Assembly: GCA_905178155.1 (NCBI GenBank)
Contig: CAJINV010000001.1
Span: 2,035,904-2,099,903 of the forward strand
Length of the DNA stretch: 64,000 nucleotides
From: Amoebophrya sp. A120
Lineage: Eukaryota > Protista > Dinoflagellata
Direction of reading: 5' to 3'
Position 1 is the stretch's first letter. The number at the start of each line of letters is the position of its first letter. Below are positions 35,501-47,500 of the stretch, piece by piece. Below the pieces are notes generated by a model. It did not search any database and was not told where the DNA came from. It saw only the letters and a list, made by a program, of their open reading frames with translations. A program made the position numbers and the translations under genes.

Positions 35501-38500
35501 CTGTTTCTTGGTCATCAACACCGAGAAAAGCTTTAATGGCGTCGCGGAGGAGTTTTTGCAGAACCGGAAGATGACCGCTCGTAGAAGCAGCTTGTCCTTC
35601 GTTCCCGGAAGCAAGTTGCTCATCTGCAGGTGCAACTACAGGAGAAGTCTCTTCCTCAACAGTTGAGCTGCCGTTGAACAGCGATTCGAGCATTTGCATG
35701 AAGTTGGAACTTGTTTCCGCTTCTTATGCATTGCAAACATGTTGTATGGGTCTGGAAGGATGCAAACCTGTGATGCGGACGCTCAACAAGCAGACGATAA
35801 ACAACATCTGTGTTGCATAGTCAGCAAAAGATTTCCAATTTTTGTCTCGAGGAGCTGGCATTTCTGCTTGTCTTCATGCAGACAGGATAGGCATGGAGGA
35901 GTCACCGCAAAGGCTGTGGTCATGATACTCCATGTTGCATTCCAGACGACCACCTTTCTGCAGAGGCAAAAAATGCATGTCAAATCAACGTCTGCTTACT
36001 TCCAGACCCAAAAAAGATATTTGCAAGACCTACTCCATCAGTATTTTCAGGATGATCTTCTTTTCCCAGGAGAACTCCTTGCATCTTGGCGCGGAGGCCC
36101 GGCATCGCTAGACCAAGAAATACTCCACCTCCAGGTATTTCGTCCAGCACAAGCGCTGCAGCTGCAAGGATATTCTGTGTAAACTACACTTCAGGGCAAC
36201 ACGGTGAGTTGGAGTTAAATCAAGCGTGAGGGTGAGTATTTGTATCTATGAGCATTGCGCTTCTCGGAGTCCAAGATCTACTAAGTTCCGAACTCACTGA
36301 CTTTATGATTGTCAGCGAATTGGAACAATTTCGATTGCAAAGGGTGACATGACGGCTCTAGTTGTGGGCTACATGCAAATACAATGACGCCGGTGGGTTA
36401 CGACACATACACAATTCGCGGATGTCATGTCAGTGAGAGTAAATTACTAAGCCCGCCCGGGCAGCGCGAGCCCCCATTACGCATTGGGGGTCGCCGCCCG
36501 GGGTAGGGTGGCGCCGCCCCAAGAACTTGCTTCAGCCAAAGGGCCGCGGCACCGCAGCCCATTGGCCCCCGTCCCGCTGTGTTTCCGGGGTTTCGGCATG
36601 CGCGTGCCCCGTTTCAGCGCCATCAGAAACGGCAGCTGGGGTTGGTCCGGGAGCGGGACCCGGGATCGGCGATCCGCGGGATTACTCCAGGGACAACAAA
36701 AATCGGCTCGGACACTGAGCAACAACAGCGTCGAGCAATCGGATCGGGCTTCGCAAACGCGGAGCCGCGTCTTCGACATCATACTTAGTAGACTTACGAG
36801 GAAGAATTATTTCTACGATTGAGTACCAGTCTCAGTTTCTTCGATTGACAACTTAGTTGTCAAGCAAACGAGAAACTCTAAGAACTGGCATCACCCGTTC
36901 AAAAAAATTGAAAATATAAAAAAAAACAAGTCCCGCCACCTATAATTCACCGTCACTCACAGTCCTCGACAACACGGATGACTGAGACCCTTTATTTGAC
37001 GGCATTAGATTGATGCAGATGGAGATGATCATACGTAATGAAAAAATTGAGGAAACTCGTTCACCCGCGCGCGAGGAAGCGCTTTCTCCTCGACACGTGT
37101 GAGGGCATCCAGTGGGCGTGCACCCTGACAAGCCCAGAATATACTTACATAGGAAACAATGGAGAGCACCAAACCCCCGAGCATGGACGCCACATTACTT
37201 ACAAAGTCTTGAGCCATGCTCGCAACCCTCTTCGCCACACTGTCTGCCGGCATATGCACTGGCACTCCAAAAGCATCATCTAAATAGTACTCAGCGAGAG
37301 CATGCAAGGATAGATGAATGCAAATGCATACTGATTGAGAACAGCTGCCTCCACCCAGCATTTGGACCACAAAAAAAATCAAAAAAAGAAAAAGTATGAA
37401 TATTCGACCCGAGTTCGGGTCTTCTACAGCTACAGGCCCGCACCCAGAGGTGGGAACGGGAGCGAAAGACATTCCCAAAGCGAAACAAAATCAGTCCACC
37501 GCGACGGTGGTCACGAGAGCAGTGCGCACTTATCTACTCCGCAGCGCTGGAGGAGCTTGCCCCTGTGGCGATGCCTTTTTTTGCCTCGCCTCTTCATCTC
37601 TAGTCTTTTCGGTGCGTCCTTCTGAATGGAAATAGACGAAAGCCCTAATCTTCAGTCGTCGTCTTGATTTGACGACCAAGGCACATCAGAAAAAATAAAT
37701 GTCTACTTGTACTTGTACAGCCAGAATTATGTCAAGAGTGCAATATAGTTTTGATGCCTTTGCAGTTGGTAAAGCACGTGCTTAAGGAACTTCGGCGACT
37801 TTTGCAGGAGCGCAATAAGTCCAACTGCTGCTACTTTGACCCATTTTATCACGTTGTCCACAATAAATGAGGGCGCCGTCGCACTGCCGTCTTCACCACC
37901 TTCTTGATGATTCAGACGCTGCAGTTCTTTAGTCTGTACCATCGACATTGCGGGGGGACGCGCACTGGTGCCTGGTGAGTCCTGTCGTGGTAGTAAGAAA
38001 TAGGCACCACGGCGGCTGCTGTCATAGTCATTTCGGGAGTTCCTCGTCCAATCGACGAGGTGGAACCCAGGCACGTTTTGTTGTTGTTCGCTCGTTTCCA
38101 GAACGCTGCCACCATTTTGATCTGCCGTCCTCGCTCCTGTCAAGAAGTTGTTGGCTTTGAATATCACAGAAGAACCTGAAATACTTGGGCACGTATCAAT
38201 TTGAATTTCATCTCACCTTCGCCTCTTTTAATGAGGAGAGGCAGAGCGAGTAGAGCAAGTCATTCAATTTCAAGTTCTAAGTTTAAGTGGTGAATATATA
38301 GAAGACTAATCAAACAAAATCGACTATATAGAAGACAAGGTACGACTAATCAAACAAAAGCCCTGTGCACGAATTGCCCTGATAAGCTGCCTGCTGGATC
38401 TGAAAGTAAAAGCGCCTGAGCAACTGCTACCGAACTAGCAGCACTCGTCGAAGTAGTCTTCTTTTGTCTCTTTCGCTGGCCCCTACCCAGGCCAGTCTGT

Positions 38501-41500
38501 TCTCAAAGAGAGACGGGCAAAATTACAGACCAAATGCGCAAGAGAAAAGAACAAGAAGCGTGGGGACAGATGCTACATATACAAACATAGTTATAGACAT
38601 GGAGACGTGATCATGACATCGGGTCGGCGCGTCAACATGATCTGCAGCACTGTGACTTCATCTTCCACTTCACCAGCTGATTGTGCGTGCGTAGAAAGAT
38701 GAAAATCAAAATCCAATAAAGGCTAGCGAACTCATCATGACGCGTCTAGCTCTTACCTGGGGTATCGCTGTGTTCGTCTTGCTGTTCCTGTTGCTTCTCT
38801 ACTTTTGCATGTTTCTGCTTTACCTCTTCTGTTAGGCCTGTGACAAAAGTCTCTTCTTCTGTAGTAGTAGTTTGTGTTTCGCCGTTCGATGTCCCGCTGT
38901 CGCCTTCGGGTTTGGCTTCCCCGGGCTGCCTGGCTTTGTCCTCGTTGTCAACAAACAATCTTAAGTATGCGCGATCGTTATTTAGCTCTTCCAGCGGCTT
39001 CGTCATCAGCTTTTCTTTGACCGTTGCAGTGATTTTCGCAAGCGGATTAGCCATGGCTGCAAAATTGCTCATGAGACCGTGAGTCCCCATGATAAATTGC
39101 TTCATTGCATTATGGTAAAAGACGCGACGGCGGGCATCCGCGAAGAGATCTTGGACCACGGTCGGAATGATTTCCTTAAACACTTTCGCGCATTGGTTTT
39201 CGACTTTCCTTTGGATTTCCTTGTTCGCCCCCACAGTGAGCAAAACTGTTTTGAGAACCGCAGGAAGCACGACCGCTACGCCTTCTCCCGTCAACACTTC
39301 AATGTTGAACGCGGCGAAGACCAAATCCCCGACGAGATGCACAATCCAAAAAAGAAAAGTGGGGTAGAACAGCATCGAGAACAACTTAACCATTCCATCT
39401 GTGATCTTGTCTATGATCGTGTTGATGCTGAACTTGAAGGTGGTCCGCATATGGACGATAAACAATCATGCACGACCGACCAACCGCCCCAGATGTCACT
39501 ACGCCTTGGTCTTTTCGCCAATCATGACCACACACTTGCACAGGCTACACAAGCAGATGCTAAAACTAGTGTCTCTCCTGGAGCTCCTGGTGCAGCAGGA
39601 GCTAAATGCGGACGCTTTTTGTGCCTGCAGGGGCACACATCTGAACGACCCGGAGATTTTTGCCGAGATGGCTCAGGTTTATTGAGTTCATCGATCGGCA
39701 TCGGTAGTATTTTTGCTCCAAGAACGAGCCCGAGAGCAGGCTGCGCGACATCAACTTCAACATCTACGTTTCCCACGACAATGATTCTTCAAATCAATCT
39801 CAAAGTCCTACTTTATACTCGTGACGAGCAGAAGGATAGCCGCCGGTCTTGCTGCGAGACTCTTAAAAATGTAAATGACGAAAGACCAGGAGGCAGAGCG
39901 AGGCGGGGCGAAATTGGTTCTTGCGGTTTTGGTCGGTCAGTTGCATAAACCATTTTTTGCTTGAAATCGCGCATAACGTTGAAGCCGCTGCGTATAACTA
40001 TAATGCCCTCCTGGACAACCCGATTCGCGGTCTTGGTCACTACACTGAAGGTCTCTTGCGCCATCTTCCCCGCGGCGGCGACGCGATTATCGAGGGCCTG
40101 TGCCATCCCTGCAAGCCGCCCGTTGCGCCATTTGAGATCTCCGGCTTCTGACCGCCTCAGGTGCGGCTTTGGGTTTCCGGCTTCTCTTTCGGGTTCAACA
40201 TCAGGACCATGTTCTTGTTCATCCTTGTAAATATGGTTTTGCCTGCGGAGTGAGTAACGTGCGAGACCCCCTGTCCCTGTGGCACGCGATCTCAGGAGCT
40301 TGGCCTTGGCCTCCGGGGCCGTAGTTTTTGCTAGTACTTCTTCCATCGATAGCTTTTCGCAGTCCTCTAAGATAGTCACGCTACGCTGTTCTAACTCACC
40401 GCTCGACCCTCGCACGAATTGGATCAAAACGTCATCTACATCTTTGTCATTCCCCCGGAGTTGGGCGTCCAGATGCTGATCCTCATTGCCGTCGACGATC
40501 TTCACATCCTGTTGTTTTTCCGAAGCGGCTGGGGCCTTCCGCCAGATAAGACTGTCGAGTAAAATGTTTTTACCTTTCTCGACAACGCTGCTTGCAGCCT
40601 TGCCAGCCCTATTGAGAAGATCCTTCGCAGCTGTTCCCAGCATCGTTGCGATTTGGCTGGGCAGTTCGTAGGCTATTTTTGCAACAATCTCCGGAAGCAC
40701 AAGCTCAATGACAGTGTTGAGCAGACCCGTCTTGATGTCATCGAATTTTTTGCTCAGCCTTTCTTGGAATATATCCCCCAGAACACCGTTCAGCAGCTTC
40801 ATAAACAGTGGTACTAAAACTTGCGACAAACCAGGTACCAAGCCGACAGCCGTCTCGAGAGAAACCGCCATGAGCTCGCTAAAATAGCTAAACGTTTCCA
40901 TTTTTGAGAGGCCCAAAAAGTTCTCTATCTTCGCCTCTTCGCTTTTGAGGTCCTGGAACACCGAGTTCTGCAAAGTTTTGCTGATCCACCCGGCCGCGTG
41001 CCCATTCAGAAAGTCCATCGTTTTTGTCCACAAAGAAGTAAAAGGAGTCTGTGCATTGTTCAGAAGTCTTTGCAATGGTCCTTGTCCGTCTCCAGCAGAA
41101 GAACTTGTTAGGAAGGAAGCTGGCAAAGAGTTACCCAGAGGCAGGTGGAACTGGGGAAGGGGGCGTGTCGGTACCGCGACGGGCGCGAGATTCCACGAGT
41201 ACGCGCCTTGGTGAGGGACCAGTGCGTTTTCATCTTCTGCTTCCCCCTGTGCTGCGTGTCCCCCACCACGAGCAGGCGCTTCATCATTCTTGTCATTCAA
41301 TGTTCCACCGGGCGGAGAAACATCACCGCCGTGTCGGTCCTCTGGAGATGAGCCTGACGGGGCCAGTGCGTCCGCCTCCGATGTTGCGGACCTTTCAGCT
41401 TCGGAGAACGCCTGGTCTTGCTCATCTCGTTGCAAGAGTGCAGTGCCCGTTTTTCTTTCACCTTGGTCGTCTTCATGCCATCCTGCTCAAGATGGCTGTC

Positions 41501-42963
41501 AGTCGCAGGAGGAGGCTTGTTGATCTGGCCGTCGTTTGTTCCCCGCGACTGTTCGACTCGTCCTTCTTGCTGTCCTTTCAAAGCCGGACCTTTGGCCTCG
41601 TCAAGAACATTCTGCCGAAAATAATCAGCTCGTAGTGTTTCCAAAAACGCAGAGAAGGCGGCCAACCAGCTGTGCGGAGATCGTCGAGTGGAAGAGCTAT
41701 TATGCATTGCAAAATCAATAATGTCGCATGCATGATCCCGCGTGGTCGCGTATGTTGCAGATGAGTTTGATGTTGCTGTAGTTCGTTTTTTACTTTTACG
41801 AGTAAAGAATTTTCATTATGTCTTCCAAAACGATGCACTTTGTCGTGACGATGGTCATCAGCAACAAGAGGAGAATGAGACAGACTCTCCATCAACATGC
41901 ATCTCTTTGTTCTCCTGGTTCTTCTCATTCTCTTCATCCTCGAGCTATATATATATAATCTGCAAGAACTACACGACAGCCGCGGTCGCGTGCGACAAGC
42001 TTCTTGCTCTACAGGATAGTCAACATCATTGAGCTCGTCTCGGTCAACTGCAAGCACCTGCTGCCGAGCAGCTATCCCGCGGAGGTTTCCCCACTTGACT
42101 CGTTTCGATCGCCCCGGCCCGGGCGAAGCGGACGCGCCAGTTGTAGTAGGGCGCCCTCCCTCGACGAGGCTTGTAGTTGTACCGGACTCGGACGGGGACG
42201 ACATGCGATGTGCGGACATCACAGAGGCAGCGGTCGTGCTCGAATCGGCCACGGCGGCCGCGCTCCTCGACGTCTCCGGGTCGCCAGGCACGTGGTCGCT
42301 GGTGACCTGGTTACCTTGCACGACTTTCACGGCGAAAGCAGTATAGTTGTGCCCTTCTTGCGTCAATAACGCAGGAGAAAGGACGAGGACGAGCGCGAGG
42401 AGGAAGAACCAGTGAAGGAAATGGTGTTGTAAAAGAACCGTCGGTCGTCGACGAGCATGATCATGTCGCTCTTGCGGCCAGGAGAACTCGTCAAAAACAT
42501 CAACAAACGCCGACCAATTAGTCATTAATATCTCGGCGTGGTGAGGTGCTCCTCGTGAGTCACAACAATCATGTTCTTGCTCAGCAAGGCTGATGTGCTG
42601 GTGCCTTTCTCCTCGTGCTTGTCGTGTGCCTCTCGATTCGAATAGGTGACGTTCTTCTGGAGCAAGCTGCTTTTCTTGTTCCCTGCCGTTCCCGCGAAGC
42701 AGTGGAATGAAGTCGAAGAACCCCTTGATGAAGGCACGAGGGGCTTCTGCTGGTGCTGTTTCAGTGCTTTCTCTTTGTTTATCCTCCTGTCTAGCCTGCG
42801 CGTTCATCTCCCCGTCCTGCTGCACGACCTGTCCAGGCACTGGGGCGCGCTGCTGGACCTCCGGGTCGAGGTACAACACAGCATGGAGGGCGGGGGCGCT
42901 CACGCTCTGCTGGACCTGCTGCCCGCCCGTGCGTTTCGGGTTCCCGTAGAAGAGGACCGGCAT
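32539..42963 (-). CDS. Large multi-exon protein of unknown function, tandem paralogue B
   Basis: ORFs 41578-42963, 39813-41435, 38746-39465, 37727-38167, 34653-35699, 33589-34155 and 33307-33489 are collinear with copies A and C. A GTAAG donor at ~38756 and a ttcag acceptor at ~38176 link the halves. The 3' end is uncertain. Confidence 0.7.
33477..33777. mobile_element. Introner, family tatgagagtgcacaa
   Basis: TIR tatgagagtgcataa / ttgtgcactctcata; DR gtaga/gtagt; removal restores PIVNY|VQDRFG. Confidence 0.85.
35725..36032. mobile_element. Introner, family ..tgcaaa.atg..gggtctggaag
   Basis: TIR tatgcattgcaaacatg..tgggtctggaag / cttccagaccca..atatttgcaagaccta; degenerate DR cttct/ctcca; frame restored. 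Confidence 0.75.
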
Positions 42964-44504
42964 GGGCCTGGCAGCTTTGGTCTTCTTTTCGTTTTTCGTA
43001 TTCGTATGATATTAGTAGTTAGATATTGTTCGGGTGGTGCAACTGTTTAAACGAGTTAGTTAAGGGGACGATAAAAAAATACTGATACTTGAAAAATACC
43101 CGGTGATAAAAAATAAATGCGCTTTCATGTAAAAGTAAAACAACAAAAAAATGCAAAATTTAAAATGAAAATGAAGTACGCTACAACGGTAACAGAAAAA
43201 ACAATTAAAAAGAAGTTAACTATAATAAGGTCGATATTTGGTTAGAGCTTTCGATGGATCCAGAAAATGAAAAATGTGGGCGCAAAAAAATCGTGCGTAA
43301 TTTGATTGGGAAATCGGTAGATGAAGAAAGTTCTTCTTTTTCATATTTTTTCTCACGGAAAATAAACAGGTGTAAATGTAATAGTAAAAATGTTCGTCGT
43401 AGAAAAGAATAATAATACTCATTGTTTGGGGTTTAGTTGAAGAGTGTGTTGTTTGTATTTAGCTTTATTACGCAAAAAAATTCTTCAATGTGGGAATTAT
43501 ATTGTAACAGGGGGCAAGGCGTTTCGAGGAAGAAACCTTTTTGCGCATACGCAAAGTAGCTATGGCAAAAGAACGCCTGCAGTATCGAAGATATGAGGTC
43601 ATGTGTTGTGCAGTTGTTTTTATTTTTTTGTGCTGAAGCTGCACAACGAAAGGAGAATCATCACACGGTGGAAAAATGACAAACAGAGACAAAAAGCGAG
43701 ACGACCACCGACCATTTACCACGAGGAGAAAACGATCAAACCGAAGTGATGGAGCAGCGAAGAGCTGCAGTTGCGAACTCGGACGAGAAGGCGCGCGACC
43801 GATGGAAATTTCCAGTCATGACGCAAAAATACGAGTTGCATTGATGGCGAAGAGATCAGAGGCAAGAACGGACGTCCACGACATGTAGTAACCGAGAACT
43901 TTGTTTGTGCACGAAATAATCCAGCAGGGTCACGACAACCGGAAGATTCTGGAGGAAAAAATACCGGCCTGCAAGATAGTAGAACTAAGTACATCAACTG
44001 GTATTTCTACCGAAAGTGATGTTAGGTTAGAGGCACTTGCCAGCACGAAACCGAAGCATTGTCTTGTCATACCGATGGTAGAAGAGAGGAAGCCAAAAGC
44101 AGCAGTCGTGCAGAGCCTTGAACTTGACCTTGACCTTGCAGTGTGGATGTTTGTGCTTCCTTGACGTTCTTATATCTCTTGTTGTACTATGTATCAGCCA
44201 CGTTGTACTTCAGCGTAAAAATGCAGCACCGAGCGAAAATCTCTGCAATACTGTGCCCGTTCAGATTGGGTTTTTTGCTTCGCTGTCGCCATGTAAATCT
44301 AGGTCTATGCATTAAGTGTAAGTCGAAAAATCAAAAAAGTGTATGTAAATAAAAGAATGGCAAATATCAAATTTGACAAGGTCGTGTAAAAACGGTCTAG
44401 AATCAAAATCAAAGTGAAATAGAATTTTTTGATGAAAGGCATGCTGTTGCTGCTACACAAACAGATTGTGGTTGACATAGTAGCGTGATACCTTGCCCTC
44501 CCAT

Positions 44505-47500
44505 TTAATCAAACCTGAAAAAGGCAGATGTGAAATCGTCGTCCAGCGGGATGTCGACGTTGAATGGCTCCGATTCCTGCTCGTCCTTTCCCTCCAGCTG
44601 AGTTTGCAAGCGGATATGCAGTGTGGTCTTCTCTACTTCGCCTGCTGCCGTAGTACGAGTACTTCCACCCTCAACACCCTCAATGACACCCCGATGTTGA
44701 ACCCCTTCAAGAATAATTTCTGTAATGGTAAAAGCGCCCCACAACTCGTCGGAGCTTGATCCTTCTTCATCTTCTGCTCCATCGGCTTCTTCAAAAACTG
44801 AAGACTCTTGCTTTTCAGATTCCTTAAAACGCTTTACCTTCTTCATCTTCATGATGAAGTCGTCTGCCTTGTAGAATTGACTCTTTTTCTTGAAAAATCC
44901 CAGTTTGACATATCCCGCCTGGCCGACTTTGTACTGCCGAAAGAGCAACTTGAACTTTATTTTTTGCTCCGATTTCGCTTTCGGTTTCGCCGTTGCTCTG
45001 ATACTCTCCTTCATTTTCATCTACAGGCCGAGCCTATCTTTCTAATCTTGCCTTGTTGAAATGGGTATAGCCGTGAAAACAGCACACATCAGACCATATC
45101 CCCTGCCAATAAAAGGAGCTGTAGGAGTAGCTGTAGCTGATCGGCAATATGCACAACATCCTTCAGCGGTAGTGCGCGTAAGCGCGTTCTTGACCTGTAT
45201 TTGTGAAAACGCGGCCGCGGGAAGGTTTGACTTCAACGATAAAACTAAATCTAAAACAGCTGCTAGTCGTGCTTCATATTTGCGTTTATCTCCATTTGCG
45301 GCAGATGGGGAATGCTGGGGTCGCTAGTTGGTACTTTTTCATAAGGAATGCCTCTGTTCAACAGCGTTTCATGAAGCGATGATTTGGCTCCGGCTTCTTG
45401 ATCCGGAATATCGTCGTGATCTTCCGCGTTTCCAAACAAGTGGCTGCGGATCGCGGCCACAGCCGCCTTGGCAAAATGTGCAAAATTCTCCTCAACGTAG
45501 GTGACGATGGGTTCGAAGCCCTGCGAAAACTCTACGTGCGCCGTCACAAGACCTTCCACGGCTGTCAGAATCATGTTTTCCACATGATCGAGCTTGAAAA
45601 AGCTCCAAATCAACGCGGGAAGGACCCCGCTCAGCAATGCCGGAAGCGGCGTCTCGCGTACCCCGGGAACTAGCAGTAGTGCGGCGATTTTTATGGAAAC
45701 GTAAACTGTGAATGCATGTTTAGCGCTACTTTTTTGACTGTGGTCGAGAGCGAGACCGAGGAGTCCATTCGGAAGAAAAGAGGAAATTTGCGCAACCCAG
45801 CTGTACTATCCTCGTCCCGAAGGGGTCGAAGTTTGGCTTTGGCATACGAACTGCATGCAAAAGCATAAATCGGTAGAAAAGGTAACCATACTCGGGTAGG
45901 AAGATGATGAGAAGCAAGCCATGGGTGGATGTTGACCCGGCACATTCTGGGCAGGAGGCACATGCTGGGCAGGAAGCACATGCTTGGCAGTGATTTTATT
46001 TTCATGAAGTAGATGAGATTACATGCACGTCAAGCCACAGTAGAGCGCTATGATTCTTACACCCACGGCACTTTTCGCGTAGCCAACAGACGAGATATTG
46101 CATGGCTGGCAAGAGCTACTAAAGCAGCATACAGCCCTTGGGTCAGGAACCTTCCTAGCTGGCCCAAAATCCGCATACCCAGATCTTCCAACCCTTGGAC
46201 GGCATTTGTGGACGCTTTTGCTATCGTATTTTCAATGTTCTGCACAACGCTCCCAATTGTCATTTTCCCGGAAATCATCCCAGCACCCGTATCTGCACCC
46301 GTTTCAAAAGCCTCCAAGTGAAAACGCTTTTTACCCCTGTCCCCAACGGCCGGTCGGTGGTAGCGAAGCATTTTTTGAAAAAGTCGTCACGGCAAGAGGC
46401 GCACAACAAATAAAAAACGCTGCTACCGCTACAACTCAGTCTGAACAAACTACGGCAAGTAAGAGCAATACTCTTCCATCTTTCATCCACCTCTCATTGC
46501 AGAGGTGGAGCAGCTTGTTCTAAAATAATAAATTGCAGACCAGCACCATGCAAAAAAATGAGTATGAGGCTGATCAGGTCCTCGTTCGCATGATTCGGTA
46601 TATCATAATACTGAACGCATATCAAGCTACCAGGAGCGGCAGTTGGTACTTGTTGGGGTAGTTTGGTATTCTTCTTCTGCATAATCTTTGTCGGATGTCC
46701 CCATCTCTTTTCCGGTTCCGTCCTCAAGAGCTTTCGCGTCGGCGGCTTTTTGGGGTTCATCAATCTCGCCACTCTCAGTTCTCCCATCGTCGTGTCTCGC
46801 CTTCGTCGTCTCTTGCGCCACTTCGCCTTTCGCATCGGTTTTCTGTCGGGTGTGCATCTGTCCGGCTATCTTCTTTTTCATGCCATCCACAACTTGACCT
46901 GCCTTTTGCTTGAAGTTCTTCCAAGAGAACGTTGCCGCAACACCGACATGCTGTTCTTCTTGCTGTTGTCCTTTTTGTTCCTGATCCGAATTTCCGTGCA
47001 CGACCTTCGGGCCGGCAACTTGAGGAGGAGGAGAGGTACTGGGCATCATCTGACCTCCACCCGCAGCCGCTGTTTCTGGTGCTCCACCCGCGCATCCACC
47101 TTGACCCGCAAGTGCAACCGCACTTGCTCTGTCATCAGATCCCGGGCAGGCTTTGGAGGTTTGCAGAGAACTCGAAACTTCGTGCTGCTGCTCAGCCCCC
47201 GGCTCATGATCTTGATCGTGGAGGTCATCTAGATCTACATCTTTATCATCCTCACCCATTTCACTGGAAGCAACTGACTCGAAACCTGGTAACGAGTCAG
47301 CGCTCTCTGAAGGAGCCTCAGTCGAGTGGTCTGACGCAGCGTCATCAAAGTCCGTAGCAGCGTTGTCGCTCCTGATGTGCGAAGAGTGTAGTTGTACCCG
47401 GCTTTGCAGTTGTTCACTCGTCTCCCACTCTTTAGCCGCCGAGTTCAACGCAGCTCTAGCGGATGTTGTTGCACCACTGCCGCTAGTAGCTGCATCTCCC

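Noticed and set aside
39079-39948. 289-aa plus-strand ORF and similar antisense ORFs
   Set aside because: Antisense shadows of minus-strand exons, not conserved between paralogues.
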